Source: Spironucleus salmonicida
Lineage: Eukaryota
Assembly: GCF_000497125.1 (NCBI RefSeq)
Contig: NC_090596.1
Location: 62,001-126,000, forward strand
Length of the DNA: 64,000 nucleotides
Reading direction: 5' to 3'
A program made the position numbers and the translations under genes. Below are positions 27,293 to 40,917 of this stretch, in pieces. Each line of letters begins with the position of its first letter. Positions within the stretch are counted from its first letter, which is position 1. The notes beneath the pieces are model-generated. The model was not told the origin of the DNA, ran no database searches, and saw only the letters and a program-made list of their open reading frames with translations.

Positions 27293-27987
27293 ATTAAATA
27301 TTTGATTAATAGGTTATAATAAAATACATGTTTTAATAATATTTATTTAACATAATTAATAATATAATTATTCTTTATACAGATTCGTTAATAAACTGTA
27401 TTATATCATTTAATTTTAAGCAGAAATAACATATCTGTATGGGTTTTCTGATTATACTATTAATTTTTAGATATATATTTATATTGTGATGATAATTTTT
27501 TTAATAATGATTAAACTAGAGATAATTGTATTATACTATAGGTGAGAATGTAATCAATAAATGTTAATAAGAGTAACTTAAATTTTAATTAATACTTTAA
27601 ATAAGCATGGTGTAAGATTTTTTATTGATTAATTTTTATATTATTTTAATTAATACTTATTTAGACTATATAGTAAATATAATATACTAAAGCTGATACT
27701 GCAATCTATTATTTTTAGTTTAAAATTAAGAGCTAGCAAATATATGAACATTTTAATACTATACCCAAAGATAATTGTTGATTGTTACTATTTTAATTTT
27801 TATATAAATTAAAGTTGTACCATATAAATAATAATCACAAACCTTTATTAAAATATGAAAAACTATTTAACAGCACACCAAATTTATCAGCATACTATTT
27901 AATTGCAATTCATTTTAAGCAAACAAACTATATTATGAATATTATATAATATTATAAGTATTAATATTATTTGAATTTTCGATCTTA

Positions 27988-30852
27988 ATGAAAAATCCTG
28001 AGTCTTATCTAAAGTTGCATCCTGAGATCAAAACGTTAATTACAATCTTTACATAAGAATGTATATATTTTTAACCTCAATCAATACAAGAATTTGGCAA
28101 GTAATTTTTTAAAAATCAAGAAATATAAAGTTTTGTAGCTTAAAATTTTGGATTTTAAACTTCAGATGCCCATGTTTCTTCTTAAATGAATTTGTAATTA
28201 AAATAAACACTTGAATCATAACGTTTAAAAACAAAAAATATTGAAGCTAGTCATATGAATGAAATGATTGAAGAATTTGCAAATGTAAGTAGTAATAGTG
28301 TAAAAACTGATAGTTTTAGAAATACAAGAGTTAGTGCTTAAATTTAGATATAGCCTATTAGATGTAATTCAGTGAAAAATGTCCCTAATTAGGAAAAAAT
28401 TACTGGAAATTCTAGCTAATAGATTATGAAAAACATTTATAAACATTCTTAAAATAGAAATCCGCAATGTCAAAGTGAAATTGCATAGAATATAATTCAA
28501 TTTTAAGACGATATTTAGATTGACTAAGTAAATACTGACGAATACAATCATAACTCACTAGAGTATGGTAATAACCAAAATTAACAATATAATGACATTA
28601 ATACATAGGTATATGACGAATAACATTCGAATAACTAAAAGATAAAAGAATTAAATAATACAGTTATAGACGAAGATGAGCACCCTTAAGTGGATATCCA
28701 TGAATCCTTCAGCAATGATTAGGTTTTACCTGAAGATATTGCTCCAATTGTATCAATTACACAACAAATGAGAATGACTGATGCTAAAGTAAAAATGAAT
28801 TAATTGTCAGAATTCGCGCATAAAGCTTTCTCATTTGCACGATTGAAAGATTTAGGAAATGTATTTTTGATCTAAAGCCCTCTAAAAGACTAATTTATGA
28901 ATTTCACATAGCTTGCAAGTATGGCAACATTTTCTACAGCATTTCCTAGAGCTTTACGAATTGCACCAGGGAATAATTTGGATTATCGACAATATAATGA
29001 ATTCACTTTTTTGTTTTCGCCACATATTCATGGTGTAAGTTATTTGGAATTATTAAGTGGTGTTGAGAAATTATAAAGTTATATTTCCACTATTTTTGTT
29101 TGTACTAATATATAAGAATCGTTAAATTTGAATACTAGCGTTGAAATGCGTTACTTTGAAGGATTGGGAAAGAATATTCGTTATTTATCATCTAAGTATA
29201 ATATGTTCAATAAACATTTTTATAAATATTTACCTGTTTTAGTTAAAGGAAATTATAAATCATAATAAGTTGAGGATTTTTGTGTTATTTTTGTAAGTTT
29301 TGTTCCACCAGTTTATTATGAGAGAGAAATAATTTTATCAGATAATTTATAAGAAATGGAAGGAGATGAAGAATAATTACGTAAAGTAAATAAATTATAA
29401 ATCTTTGAGGAAAAGCAATCTGTAGATATATTACCACTCAACTGTAAATTTTATGAAAGCATATTTATCGAAACATAAGAGATGCTTAGAGAGTTGGGAA
29501 TTAAAATGGACAAGAATATTAAATTTGTATATTTAACTAGTTAAAGGTTAACTAATTTTGATTAAAAATCTTATAGAATATAAAAAGAATTTTTTGATAT
29601 GAATATGAAATATGATAATCCTAATACTGAATTTTACTTTGATAATATTATAAATTCGATGGATAATCGAGAATCTTAAAATTACGAAGAGAGCAAAATT
29701 TAATAATTATAATTACATAATATAAGGAATTTTAAAAACTAAATGATATAGATGATTAGTTTCAAAAATATGGTTATTGCTGATGAATCATTGCTTACAA
29801 ATTCCATTAATTAAATTGATGTTAAAGATGTTAAATATATGGAACCATTAATGATTTTTATAGACTAATGTTTAAAATTAAGTAGTGGGTGTGGTATGGT
29901 TTAAGATTAAATTTAAATAACATCATTTAAGCTATTTAATTCACATTTTATACGTAGATTAAATTTAAATATTATACACGACGCTTCATTAGTATATATT
30001 ACAAATGTATTGAAAAATTAAATAATATCTAGATATAAATCATAGCTTGTACCTTTAAATAGAATAGTAAACAAAATATCTTAATTATGTTTTTGTTTTT
30101 CCCATAAAACATTAGTTGGACATGGTCCATTATTCGACTGTGTGGATATTTAGCATGGATTAGATTGCAAAGTTAAATGTTAATGTACTAGAAAGGATAT
30201 TAATAGTTCTATTATTTATGTAGATTAAATCTCAGAAGAAAATATAAAATAATTTTTACCTGGATGCGCTGATGAAAAACTTGGAAAATTATTTATGTGC
30301 TAAATTCCTCTTCGAGTATTATTAAAGTCATTCATTTATCATTATACGAATAATGTATTTGGAAGTATTTTTAACCATACAGGGCCGTCTTTTATATATT
30401 ATACTGGTATTGGTTTAAATTATAACTCGGAATAACCAGAAAAATCATATCTATTTGACTAATATGCTTATAAAGCAGATATTTTACGTTAGTTTCAATA
30501 TCAAAATATAGATGGAAACCTTTTGTCAAATATATTTTTACATAAAGAGAAGTACTCAACTCCCTCGAATAAATCTGCAGAATTAGCTCGATTAACTACT
30601 GAATAACTTGATGAACATATATTCCTTATATTAGATAATGGGTGCTTCGAACCTTGTGGGATAGTATAAACAATTAAAAGGTATACTACTGTCGTCTTTG
30701 ATCGGCTGGGGCATCTTAGCGAAGTATTAAAAGAACAAATATCAGATGGTGTTAGTGCTTAAATAGACCTAGACTAGTGTTTCCCTGCATGCCTAGTTAG
30801 CGACTTTAATAGTGTTTAGCATTTACTTTTACAATAAAGATTAGATAAGTGA
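27988..30852 (+). CDS. RIIa/Dpy-30-type docking-domain protein (RIIAD1-like N-terminus), 954 aa
   Basis: ESYLKLHPEIKTLITIFTQECIYFQPQSIQEFGKQFF resembles the RIIa D/D domain; AAGTGA stop. Confidence 0.7.
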
Positions 30853-30890
30853 GATTTTATATAATACTATAGCCATTATGTTTCAACAAA

Positions 30891-31520
30891 ATGACTTCAT
30901 CTTCAGAACTAGAAATTAATTTGACTCACTTAAAGGATCTATTTACAAAAATCACAGATAATTATTAGAAATATACAACAATTGATTAATTTAACCATAC
31001 ACAATCTTGGTTTTACTCACCAGAGCTTTCAATCCCACCTTCAGAGAATGAGAAATCATAAAACTTCAGAACTAGCTTCGATCTTTAAAATCGAATAGAT
31101 GCCGCAGAAACTAAATTTTCTCAGAACACTAACGGGTCATAAAAAGAAGTTATTGAAAGAGAGCTCAGCTCAATTAGACGTGACGTAGATCCGTAATAGG
31201 CAGAATAAGAGCTAGTTATTTAAAAAGAATGGGAAGAACTGGTGAAAATACGCACATAGCAATACTAAGATTTCATACAGATTTGCAACATAACAAGAAT
31301 TCCTCTAGAAGGCGCTGAAACGGCACAAACACAACAAGGTGTCAGAAAATATCGATAGGACGTTGTGGATTTCGTTAAAAAGCTTGAATTCAACAAAATT
31401 GATAATAACGTAGGAAAGCTCTAAATTACCGAATCGCCGGTCCCTCCTTTCATTAATAAGACTTTTAGACCACAGATACATGCAATTGAGCCAATCGACG
31501 TGGCGGGTTACTTCAAGTGA
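30891..31520 (+). CDS. Hypothetical protein, 209 aa
   Basis: MTSSSELEINLTHLK... read through to AAGTGA at 31520. Confidence 0.75.
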
Positions 31521-31530
31521 CAAATTCAAC

Positions 31531-32016
31531 TCATTTTATCCACCTGAAAACGCGCCTGAAAACGATCCAGAAGCTGCTCGCCACAAAGACGCAGAAAAGA
31601 CCTGTGGTCAGCATCCGGTCTCGCTATTCGATGAAGCGAACACCCTTCGTCACTTGCTTGCCCTGGTCTGCGAAAGCCGAAATTCTGTCTGCAGACACTC
31701 CAATTGCCTGCAAATTAGACGTTTGAGATGCGATTTCGGTGAGTGCGAGCTCTGCGCGAGCGTTTTCCTAGCGCAAATTCTACTGGATATCCTTCAGAAC
31801 ATCGATAATGTCCAAATTTGAGGTTATCTAGAACTGTTTAAACTTGATCTGCTGGGCTTGCTTGAAACGTGCCTAGAGAACCTTAAAAAGGGCAGGGGAG
31901 ATGTTGTGCAGGCGCTGAGACTGGGATTCAATTTAACTGGATGCGGCAATGAGTTCACTTTCAGTGTTAAATTGAGAAGTTTCGAACTTGGCGATTAGAG
32001 TTTCGAAGGCCTGCAT
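31531..32016 (-). CDS. Tail-anchored SNARE-like protein (Sec20-like), 161 aa
   Basis: Heptad SNARE-like segment, then EQRDRMLTTGLFCVFVASSFWIVFRR: C-terminal TM with an upstream RD and downstream R, as in Sec20/BNIP1. Confidence 0.6.
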
Positions 32017-32057
32017 TTTATTTAAATATATATCATAATATAATATACAAAATATCC

Positions 32058-32684
32058 TCAGCAGCATCCTTGCTTTTTGGTAGCAGCACTATCAACTTCG
32101 CTATCCGCTTTGACTTCCACTTTCTAGATTGGGCTAGCCGATTGAATTTAAAAGTCACCCTTCTTCGCATCCTGGACCTGCGAACCTTCGCAGAGAATGG
32201 CTATCATTTTCTCAAAAGCGGCCTTTATACCTTCGTTATTTTTAGCGGACACCTCTAAAAAGAGCATCTAATTTGAATCAGCATATGATTAGGCCTCTTC
32301 TGTTGGGACCTACTTCTCCAAATCAGCTTTATTTCCTATTAAAATCAAGTTTGCAGAATCTGCTGCAGATTTCGCCTACTTGATCCATTTTTAAACATTA
32401 TCAAAAGATTGTTTGGATGAAACGTCATACACTATAAAAACAGCATGCGCGCCTCTAAAATACGTAGTTGATACTGATTGATATTTTTCTTCGCCAGCAG
32501 TATCCCATAATTACAATGTTACTGTTAAATTATCATATTTTGATTGGTGAGTGTAAAAATCAACACCAATTGTGGCAGTATGGTCATTGGTGAATTCTTC
32601 ACCGCGATATACCTTTAAAATGGCAGATTTTCCCACCGAACAATCACCGATAACTACAAATTTAAAAAGTTTTCGTTAAGACAT
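32058..32684 (-). CDS. Rab family GTPase, 208 aa
   Basis: GDCSVGKS, TIGVDF, LQLWDTAGEEKY, YFRGA, GNKADL, EVSAK, C-terminal GCC prenylation motif. Confidence 0.95.
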
Positions 32685-32755
32685 ATTTCAAATATAAACT
32701 TATTTCGAGTATATAATATCCATGTATAATAATTAATATATAAATCACAAGTAAA

Positions 32756-35518
32756 TCACAAGTCAATTAAAAACGATTGTATTGTTTCTTTAATGAGATC
32801 TTCAATGAGTGCTTCTGATACTTATTCCAGCACACCAAATTAAACTTTCTAGCCTACAGTAACTGATTTTTCAATATTTTTCAAAGGTGATTCCATAGCT
32901 GTGTATAGCCATTATCTTTTTGCAGAGAATGATATAATATTAGTAATAAGCATCTATTAAAACGGAGCATAGTCTTAATTCCAAGATATTTAGTTTTCGT
33001 TACCATAATCAATAGTATCTTTTAATTGAGCAACTGAATTAATTTATAAATCATTCTATTAAATGATTAAACCTAGATCTTATGCTTAAGAAATCACTAT
33101 ATCAATTAAAAACTATTTATCTGTAAAATAAACATATGAAAACTAGCTTTCCTTTGGGTTGTGAATATAATTAAGAAATTAAGGAACTATTTTATGTATT
33201 TTTTCTTGTGTAAATATTCTATCAGGGACAAAAAAAATTAAACTATCATCATCTTTGTTGAAATTAATGTCAAGATTTATTTCATTAATATCAATTACTT
33301 TTTAAAGTATCTCTTAGTCATTCTCAGATAATGAAAGGTTTGATTTATTCTATGATGTTTATGATGTAACACTGTTTGACATTTCAATTTATTATAAATT
33401 TATCATTGGTCCAGATGATGTCATAAGATTTAACTCATTGTCAATTTCTGCATCGTCAAATATATAGTCAGGAGAAGTAATAACTTTAGATTTTATTTCG
33501 TCCATTAATTAATCATGATCAAGTTTTTCTAATTTCTAATCAATGATTGTATTAACTTCAAAGTTACTAAATAAGTCCTTATCATTGCGTTCCAGTATAT
33601 CATTAATTGAATTTAGTCCTTATGAAAAAGCATCAAGTAATTATTGTGGAATGGAATCAATAATTTAATTATCATCGGAATCATTATACTCTTCAAATTA
33701 GGACTTATCTTCTTATAGTTATTAATCCTAGTTTTATTCCTTAGTTTACTCAGAATATATTTCCTTATTAAAATTTGTGTCATCTGAAACTTCTGTTTTT
33801 GTACTTTCTTTTAATAACACTTCTTCTTACTGAGAAAGCAATGATAAAACATGTGAATGTTTTACTGTATCAGAATTTGTAGCATTAATACCATCTAATA
33901 CCGAGTCCACTTATTATTATTTCATATTTTTTAAAACTTAGTCAGTATTACTCTCATCCTTTAATGAGTCTAAGCTATGCGATTTTGTAGCTTAATCTTC
34001 TTCTTCAAGTACAGAATTCACAATTTATTAATCATCTTCAGTTACAAAGCTATTATATTCAGACTAACTTTCTTCTTCGTTTTATTTGTTTATAGTCATT
34101 GAATTCTAACTACTAGAAACTTCTTTCACCCCTTATTTCTCGATTTCCTACATCACACTGTTTATTTGTGTATCTGTAACAGAGTTCCCTAAAGGTTTTT
34201 CTAAAGTACTCATATTAGGCTAAGATATATTCATCTCAATTGTAGAAATAGTTACTACAATTGTTCCTGAGCTTTCATCGTCTTATTTAGACTCTTAAAC
34301 TGCCTAACTAACGCGAATTTCATTGGTAGGTGAGTATTTTCCTTCTTGAAGTTATTATAACTTAGCATAATCTAACTTAGCAGAAGAATTAACTTAATAT
34401 TCTTTTTTAAATATATTATAGATTGGAATTTGCACATGGTTAGTCTCAATTTAAAAACTTCCTTAAGTATCTGCTAATTTAATATCAATCGCCTCTACTT
34501 CATGTGATTTATTTGATCTAGAACTTAATATTAAATATTCATCTTTTTCTTACTATTCCTAGAATTACTGTAAAGGAAATTAATCTAAAATAACTTTTTA
34601 TGTGACTTATTCAATAATTTCCCTTCTATTATCTAATTTTTATGAATCAGATAAAGAGATTTCATTTAGTGCTTCTAAAATAATACTTTTAACTAAAGAT
34701 TTTATTTAAATTTCTATAGTTTCCTATGAAAATCCTAAAGATTTATAAGGTATTTGAGCTTCTTCGGCTTGTATGGATTGTGAATCATGTTAATTAGATA
34801 TGATCGTAGAAATAACTGAGTCTTATTCATTTTCAACATTAGAAATATTAACTTATGTAGTATCTTCACCATTTGAAATAATAGAAATATGGTTTTATAA
34901 TTTTAACCTAACAATATCTTAAATATATCTTACATCATCATTTAGAATATCTAACAACACTTATCCTTTTTTAGAAAATTATCCTTATTATAATTGTTTT
35001 TATAGCTTTTTAACGTCACTAATTTTATCATTAAGCTAGTTTGCATCATTTGTATTAATAGAAGAGTTAGAATTAATAGAAGAGTTTTTAGAATTTTAAA
35101 TTTTCATATGCTACTTCTTTGGCTTACTACTAGATAGTTTTTAAGATGATTTAGTTGATTTTTATTTAGGTATATGGCAATCAAAATTCAAAGATTGTTT
35201 CGTACCAATCTAAAGGTTTGATTTTTATATATTTCGAGATTTTTTCAATTATGATTATAGAAGTACTTCAGTATTATCGGCAACCAATTTTATTGGCTTC
35301 ACTTTTTTTGGTTTTTACTGCAATGTATGTTTTGGAGATTTACTTTATAGTAATAGTTAAAGTTAATGATAAATAGACCCTTAATCTGCAGTCTCATAAG
35401 TTTTATAATCAAAAGTAGTGGATTAAATTTAATTCTTATCTTGAGATGTGTGATGAAACTTTGGTACATTTTTAAGCAATATCTTGGAATTACTCGTTTT
35501 TACTGCTTTGACTTTCAT
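32756..35518 (-). CDS. Large low-complexity acidic/Q-rich protein, 920 aa (C-terminus faintly DUF4378/CEP350-like)
   Basis: ATG 35518 in frame with TGA 32756; ends NNWL..VLEQVSEALIEDLIKETI. Confidence 0.7.
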
Positions 35519-35641
35519 TTGTAAAAATAGCGGAAAATGGAATCTCTATTAATAATAAATTAATGTATATTTAAATTAATTTTCATATATCATATTATAC
35601 TATATATACATATTTTAATTTCAAAATTTCCCTTTCACTAA

Positions 35642-38600
35642 ATGACTTCAATTAACTCACCTGCTATTAAAAAAGTCCAAAATGCCCCTCTTTAATAAAT
35701 TATTGTAGGACAGACTCTTGTAATTATGTCCACTGATTCTGTTGTTGGGTACTAATATTCCACACATTCATAAAATCCTATTCAATAATAATCTTTTAGT
35801 ATATCAGATCCTACTACATCCTTCTTATCATTATCTAAGCGGGATAGCTAATAATTTTTAGTTTTAGTAGTAAGCAGAATGAAATATTATTATAGAGTCT
35901 ATAATTTGCAGGGTGTTGTTATTTTAGAAATAGAGGCAACAAAGAAGCCTTATTCAGCTCATGCTGTAGAAGGTACTCCTCTTATAGCAGTTCATTATGA
36001 ATAAAATAATAAGAAGACATTTACTTTTGAAACCTTATATAAGTCTCTTAAGCCAGTTCGAATGGCTAGATCTGGATCAAACAATTTCTTTTCCACTACT
36101 AGTTTTTTCAATTGTATTAGAATTTCTAAGAAGGCCGAGTCTGCAGTTGCTGCTCCTTCTATTTCTGACTCCGATATGATGCGCTTACTTATTGAATCAG
36201 ATTCTAACGAAAAACGCTGTTATGCTGTTTATGCCGTACATTAAGGGGATCTGCAAACAACATATAGAGAATATTAATTTAAAATATCTAAATAATTTAA
36301 ATAAAATGATTCAAATTTAGATAAGTATTTTGAATTATCTGCGGAAGTAGTAAAGGAACTTTAAGTACCAGTGCACTGTGTTAAGTAGATTCCAATTTAA
36401 TGCAATGCATCTCCAAATTCTATGTTTTATAATTCCTTCGCATTATTCACATAAAACGAGATGTAAATATATAAACATTCCAAGAATAACGCTGTTCCAA
36501 CTGCTAGAGTACGATCTCCCTTCTAGAATGGAGCTGTTTGTTTTTCTGGTAACATTATAGCATCTTTTTCATAATCTATTTAAATTATGGGCGTTGATTC
36601 ATAGTGGAATGACGATAAACAGCTTGATAAAATGAAAAATAATATTATGAACATATTTTCTTCACATTTTTGCGAAAATTTCAATCTGGACGATTAATCT
36701 GCTAAATAATACATGTTAAGTCAATTTTTACCTTAATACCATAATGTTTAGCAAGAAAAGTTATCTATTTTAAATGATATTCCTTTATAAGGCGAAGCTA
36801 TTAGTGGAGTTACTGATGGTAAATTTCTAATTTTAGGCTTGGATGATGGGACTATTAATGTTTACAGTGTTTAAGGTATTAAAAATAATCTTTTGCTCAA
36901 ACATTATTAAGAAAAAGTAGGTGATGTTATTAATACATTAATGGAATAATTGACATCAGAATAACGTGAAGCAGCATAATAGCAATTAAATCATACCTTA
37001 AATGATTATCAAATCTAATAAGTTAATGTTTTTACTGGAGCCCAACTTGCTTTTACACCTAGTAGAGCAAATAGAGCAAGATCAACATCCAAGTTATCAA
37101 AAGGATTAGACCAATAAAAAATCAGTAAGCACAGTAATAGAGCTCAGTCAACAGAAACCCCTCGAATTTAGAAGGAAACAGATCTCTCAATATTAAGAAA
37201 CTCATAATTACATAATTTATTAGACGACGACGATAACCAAATACCATCGGATACATTAATGCTTTAAAATACTACAAAGATAATTGAAATGGGTAGATAA
37301 CTTGCGTCTTCTGAATTTAAATAACCAAAAGAAATTACTTAAGACTACGAAGTTAGTTAACATGAATTCTAGGAAAATATAAACGATCTTTAAGAATAAT
37401 TGGATACAGTTTAAAGCGAGCTTGTGTAGTCTTAAAAGTAATAGATTTAGGCAAAAGAAGCAGCAAATCAACTTTTTGAGGAATTAGCGCCAAAAACGTA
37501 CTAGTAAAATTATCCCAAAATTGAATAAATCTAAGAACAAGGAATTTAAGATGCAATGCTGAAAGAGATTCTTAACAAATATGCAGCATATTATATTTCT
37601 TCAACTTAACGTCACTAAAAATTTATTCCAACTTCTCCTAATCTTTTAGAATAAAATTTGTTATCGTATGGTCAAACTTCTGATCTTTTTGCTATTTAGT
37701 GCTTTTAGGTAGTTTTACTAGAATGTGGACATGTTATAAAACTGGATTCTTATAAACTAGCTTTAGAATTATCTGGTTAGGAAGAAGGAGTTTAGATTAA
37801 TAAGTAAATAAATTCATATATGCAAGGAGAACTAGAAAAATATATTTCATAAATTGAAAAATGTCCACATTGTAAATCATATATCACTACTGATTAAATC
37901 TAGTAAGTTGAAAAAGTGGTTATTCTTCCTAAATTTTTGATGTTTTCAAATAATGGAATTGCCAATAATTTAATTGTTATCTAGAATAATGGATAGAATT
38001 CTTATAAATTAGAAGGAATTCTCTCTCCGGATGGTTAATCCTACGTTTTAGATAGTTTTGGGCGCTGGATTCTGAATGGAGAAGCTATTGATGCACTTCC
38101 ATATGAAGGAATTCGTGTCTATTCATCTAAATCAGTCGATGAAACTGAATTTTTGATTTCAGCTAAATTGATTACTGGGTTGTTAGACTAATAAAACGAC
38201 TAAGAAACAGTAGCACGTCCAACTAGTTTGAGAGAGATTTCTAATGGTGACTTAGAAGAATAATATGCTGAATATAGAGAAAATGTTGATAATTAGATTA
38301 ATTTATTAAATTAGAATAACCAGCAATATTATTAATAAATTGAAAAGTAAAACCAAGACTATTTAGAGCTATAAGCAGAATATGAGGAACTTAAATACTA
38401 ACTTAATGATTAAAACAGAAGCAATAAAAGTAATTCAGAACTTTCCCATAGCCATACAGAAATAACTACTTTAAGGACTATGTTGGAAGAAGCTAATTAA
38501 GAAAAATTGGATGCTATTAACCAGTTAGAGTCTCTTCGATTTGAAATTTAAAATAATGTCTCATAATAAAAGGCTGATTAAATTGTTAAACGTTGTTTAT

Positions 38601-38887
38601 AAACTCTAGGTGTTGACTAATGTCCTAAATATACAGAAGAACTGTATAGACAACTTGAAGCATAATGTATTGCCTTATAAAGTGATAGAGCCTTATTAAG
38701 AAATAGCCTGTTATTGAACTAAAACAATAGTAATTAAAAAAGCTTGCTTAGCAGCTCAATCTATTCTTCAAATGAAAAACCACGCAAAAGTATTGGAATA
38801 ATTATCATGGGAGTTATTTTTGGAGTCATTCTTATTGTTATGATGGTAATGATTTTCCTCGAAACAAATGAAATGTATTACATTTGA
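35642..38887 (+). CDS. Tail-anchored protein: beta-propeller-like N-terminus, USP-like segment, coiled coil, C-terminal TM; 1081 aa
   Basis: WD-like FLILGLDDGTINVYS; SDLF..ECGH..CPHC..LPKFLMF..YKLEGIL..GRW; TM IGIIIMGVIFGVILIVMMVMIFL. Confidence 0.75.
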
Positions 38888-39100
38888 GTGACTTGCGCTT
38901 ATAATATAACTTATTCTCTTAAATATTATTTTTAAATTATTTCATAATCAAATATTCTATAAGTTATATTATTTAATATTCTTTTCTGTGGTATATAAAT
39001 TTATTTTAATATAAATTAGGCTGAATATATAGTTTTTTCAATTAATATTTATCGATTTAAATAGTATAAAATTAATCTAGAATATTCCTCTTCCGCACAA

Positions 39101-39766
39101 ATGGACTTTGATTTTCCTGACAATCCAGGCCCCGGAACTTATGCTCCAGAGAATGTTAAATTTATTTATCATAAGGCTGCTGAGTTTTCGATCTCTAGCC
39201 GTCATAGTATAACTGATAAAGTTTAAAATCCAGGACCTGGAGCTTATTCTCCATCTACAGAAAATACTGCCAAAAGATCTCCTTCCTTCTCCCTTTCTGA
39301 TAGACATTAATAAATTACGTCAATGAATAATCCTGGACCCGGAACCTACAAACCATCTGTTGATTTTACAACTACTAAATAAGGTTCATTCAGCATGTCC
39401 GGTAGACATTCTCTTGAAGATAAAGATTAAAAACCAGGACCAGGTTCATATAATACTGAGAAATATTTAGCAACAGGTACCTCTTCTCCAGCCTCAACAA
39501 TGTCAGGTAGGAATTCTGATGTCTTACTTCCAAAAGGTACTGTTAACAATCCAGGACCTGGAGCATATTCTGCAGATGGAAAGATGTTAAAATCTAAATC
39601 TCCTAGTTTTTCTTTGTCTGGTAGACATTATCTTGATGAAAAAGAATCTAGATCTAAACCTGGACCCGGAACTTATAATACTACCGGTAAATCTAAAATG
39701 GGTGTATAGCCAGGAATGACTATGAGCGGAAGACATAAAGCAGGTATTTTCAGAGATAAAGAATGA
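39101..39766 (+). CDS. SHIPPO-1/ODF3-type PGPGxY repeat axonemal protein, 221 aa
   Basis: Six PGPG[TAS]Y...S[LMI]S[GSD]R repeats. Confidence 0.9.
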
Positions 39767-39778
39767 CAAATTAAGCTT

Positions 39779-40504
39779 TCACATCATATTATCTACTATT
39801 GATTACTTTTATTCTCCAGATATTCTGTCAAAATTAATATCTAAAATTTCATAAAGCATACTAAGATGAATTCTAAAATCTGTCAGGAAATCTCTAAGCG
39901 CTCTACATAATTTTCTTTCCATAGTAAGAAGAACAATATAGTAGTCTGTGATTTTATGTTTCTAAATAGAGTAAACTATATCAGATCTTGTATCATGATA
40001 GCTAACAAATAATGCGGAAACTTATTAAAGATTTGACTCGCTAACTTTCAATTACTAAATAATAAGAGCTTATGTTTCCTATTATATAACCGATTTTTTC
40101 TTCCATTAGAGTGTCTCAACTGACCTTCGTATAATACCAATTAATTAATATAAATCATTGACTTTATTTCCAAACGCTTCTTCTGCTTGCAAAAATTCTA
40201 GTGATGGGAAAAGTAATAATGGAGACTATAACGTCTTATCATTGATCTATGGTGAGTCTAGAGGTTATAGGTCAGTTAATTATTTGAGATAACTAGTTTC
40301 AAAAGACGGTTAGATATAAGGTAAACTTTAAAGTTCTTAAAGATTCTATATCTCTAAAGGAATTGTAAGATAAACTGCTCTTTCAGCTTCTTTCTAAAAA
40401 AGTTAAATTGTATGTGATACAGATTTTTACAACTACTAAGCCTCTTTCGACTTTTTAATCCTTTTCTAGACTTAAGATTTATTTTGTGGCTAAGTCTTAT
40501 TCAT
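39779..40504 (-). CDS. Hypothetical protein, 241 aa
   Basis: MNKTQPQNKSQVQKRIKK... in frame with TGA 39779. Confidence 0.65.
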
Positions 40505-40551
40505 TTAAAATAATATTAATAATTTTATATCTAATATGATTTAACATAAAT

Positions 40552-40917
40552 ATGAAAATAACTATTCTGAACCTAACTAATTCGGAATACCAAATTATGG
40601 AATAAATTGACAGTGATAACCGTATTGGTGATTACTTTTATCGTGGGAAAAATATATTTGTATAACCTACATTTACCTCAGAATTCTAGATTCCTAGTTT
40701 AACTCACTCGGCAACAAAAATAATAGTTATATTAGATCCATCAAATATCAACAGTCAAGTATTAAATTAAATATATGCTTTTTCGCACATCAATACAATT
40801 GTTACTCACTTTTTCAAACCCCCAAAACTTGATCTTGTATAATCTTTAAAAGCATCTTATCCTAAAATGTAATTTAGCATCATTCCTAATTCTCTATTTG
40901 CTAAAATTAGTGAGTGA
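40552..40917 (+). CDS. Hypothetical protein, 121 aa
   Basis: MKITILNLTNSEY...FAKISE*, GAGTGA stop. Confidence 0.6.

Noticed and set aside
31480..31821. 113-aa plus-strand track ORF
   Set aside because: Antisense to the Sec20-like SNARE gene and overlapping the end of the 30891-31520 gene.
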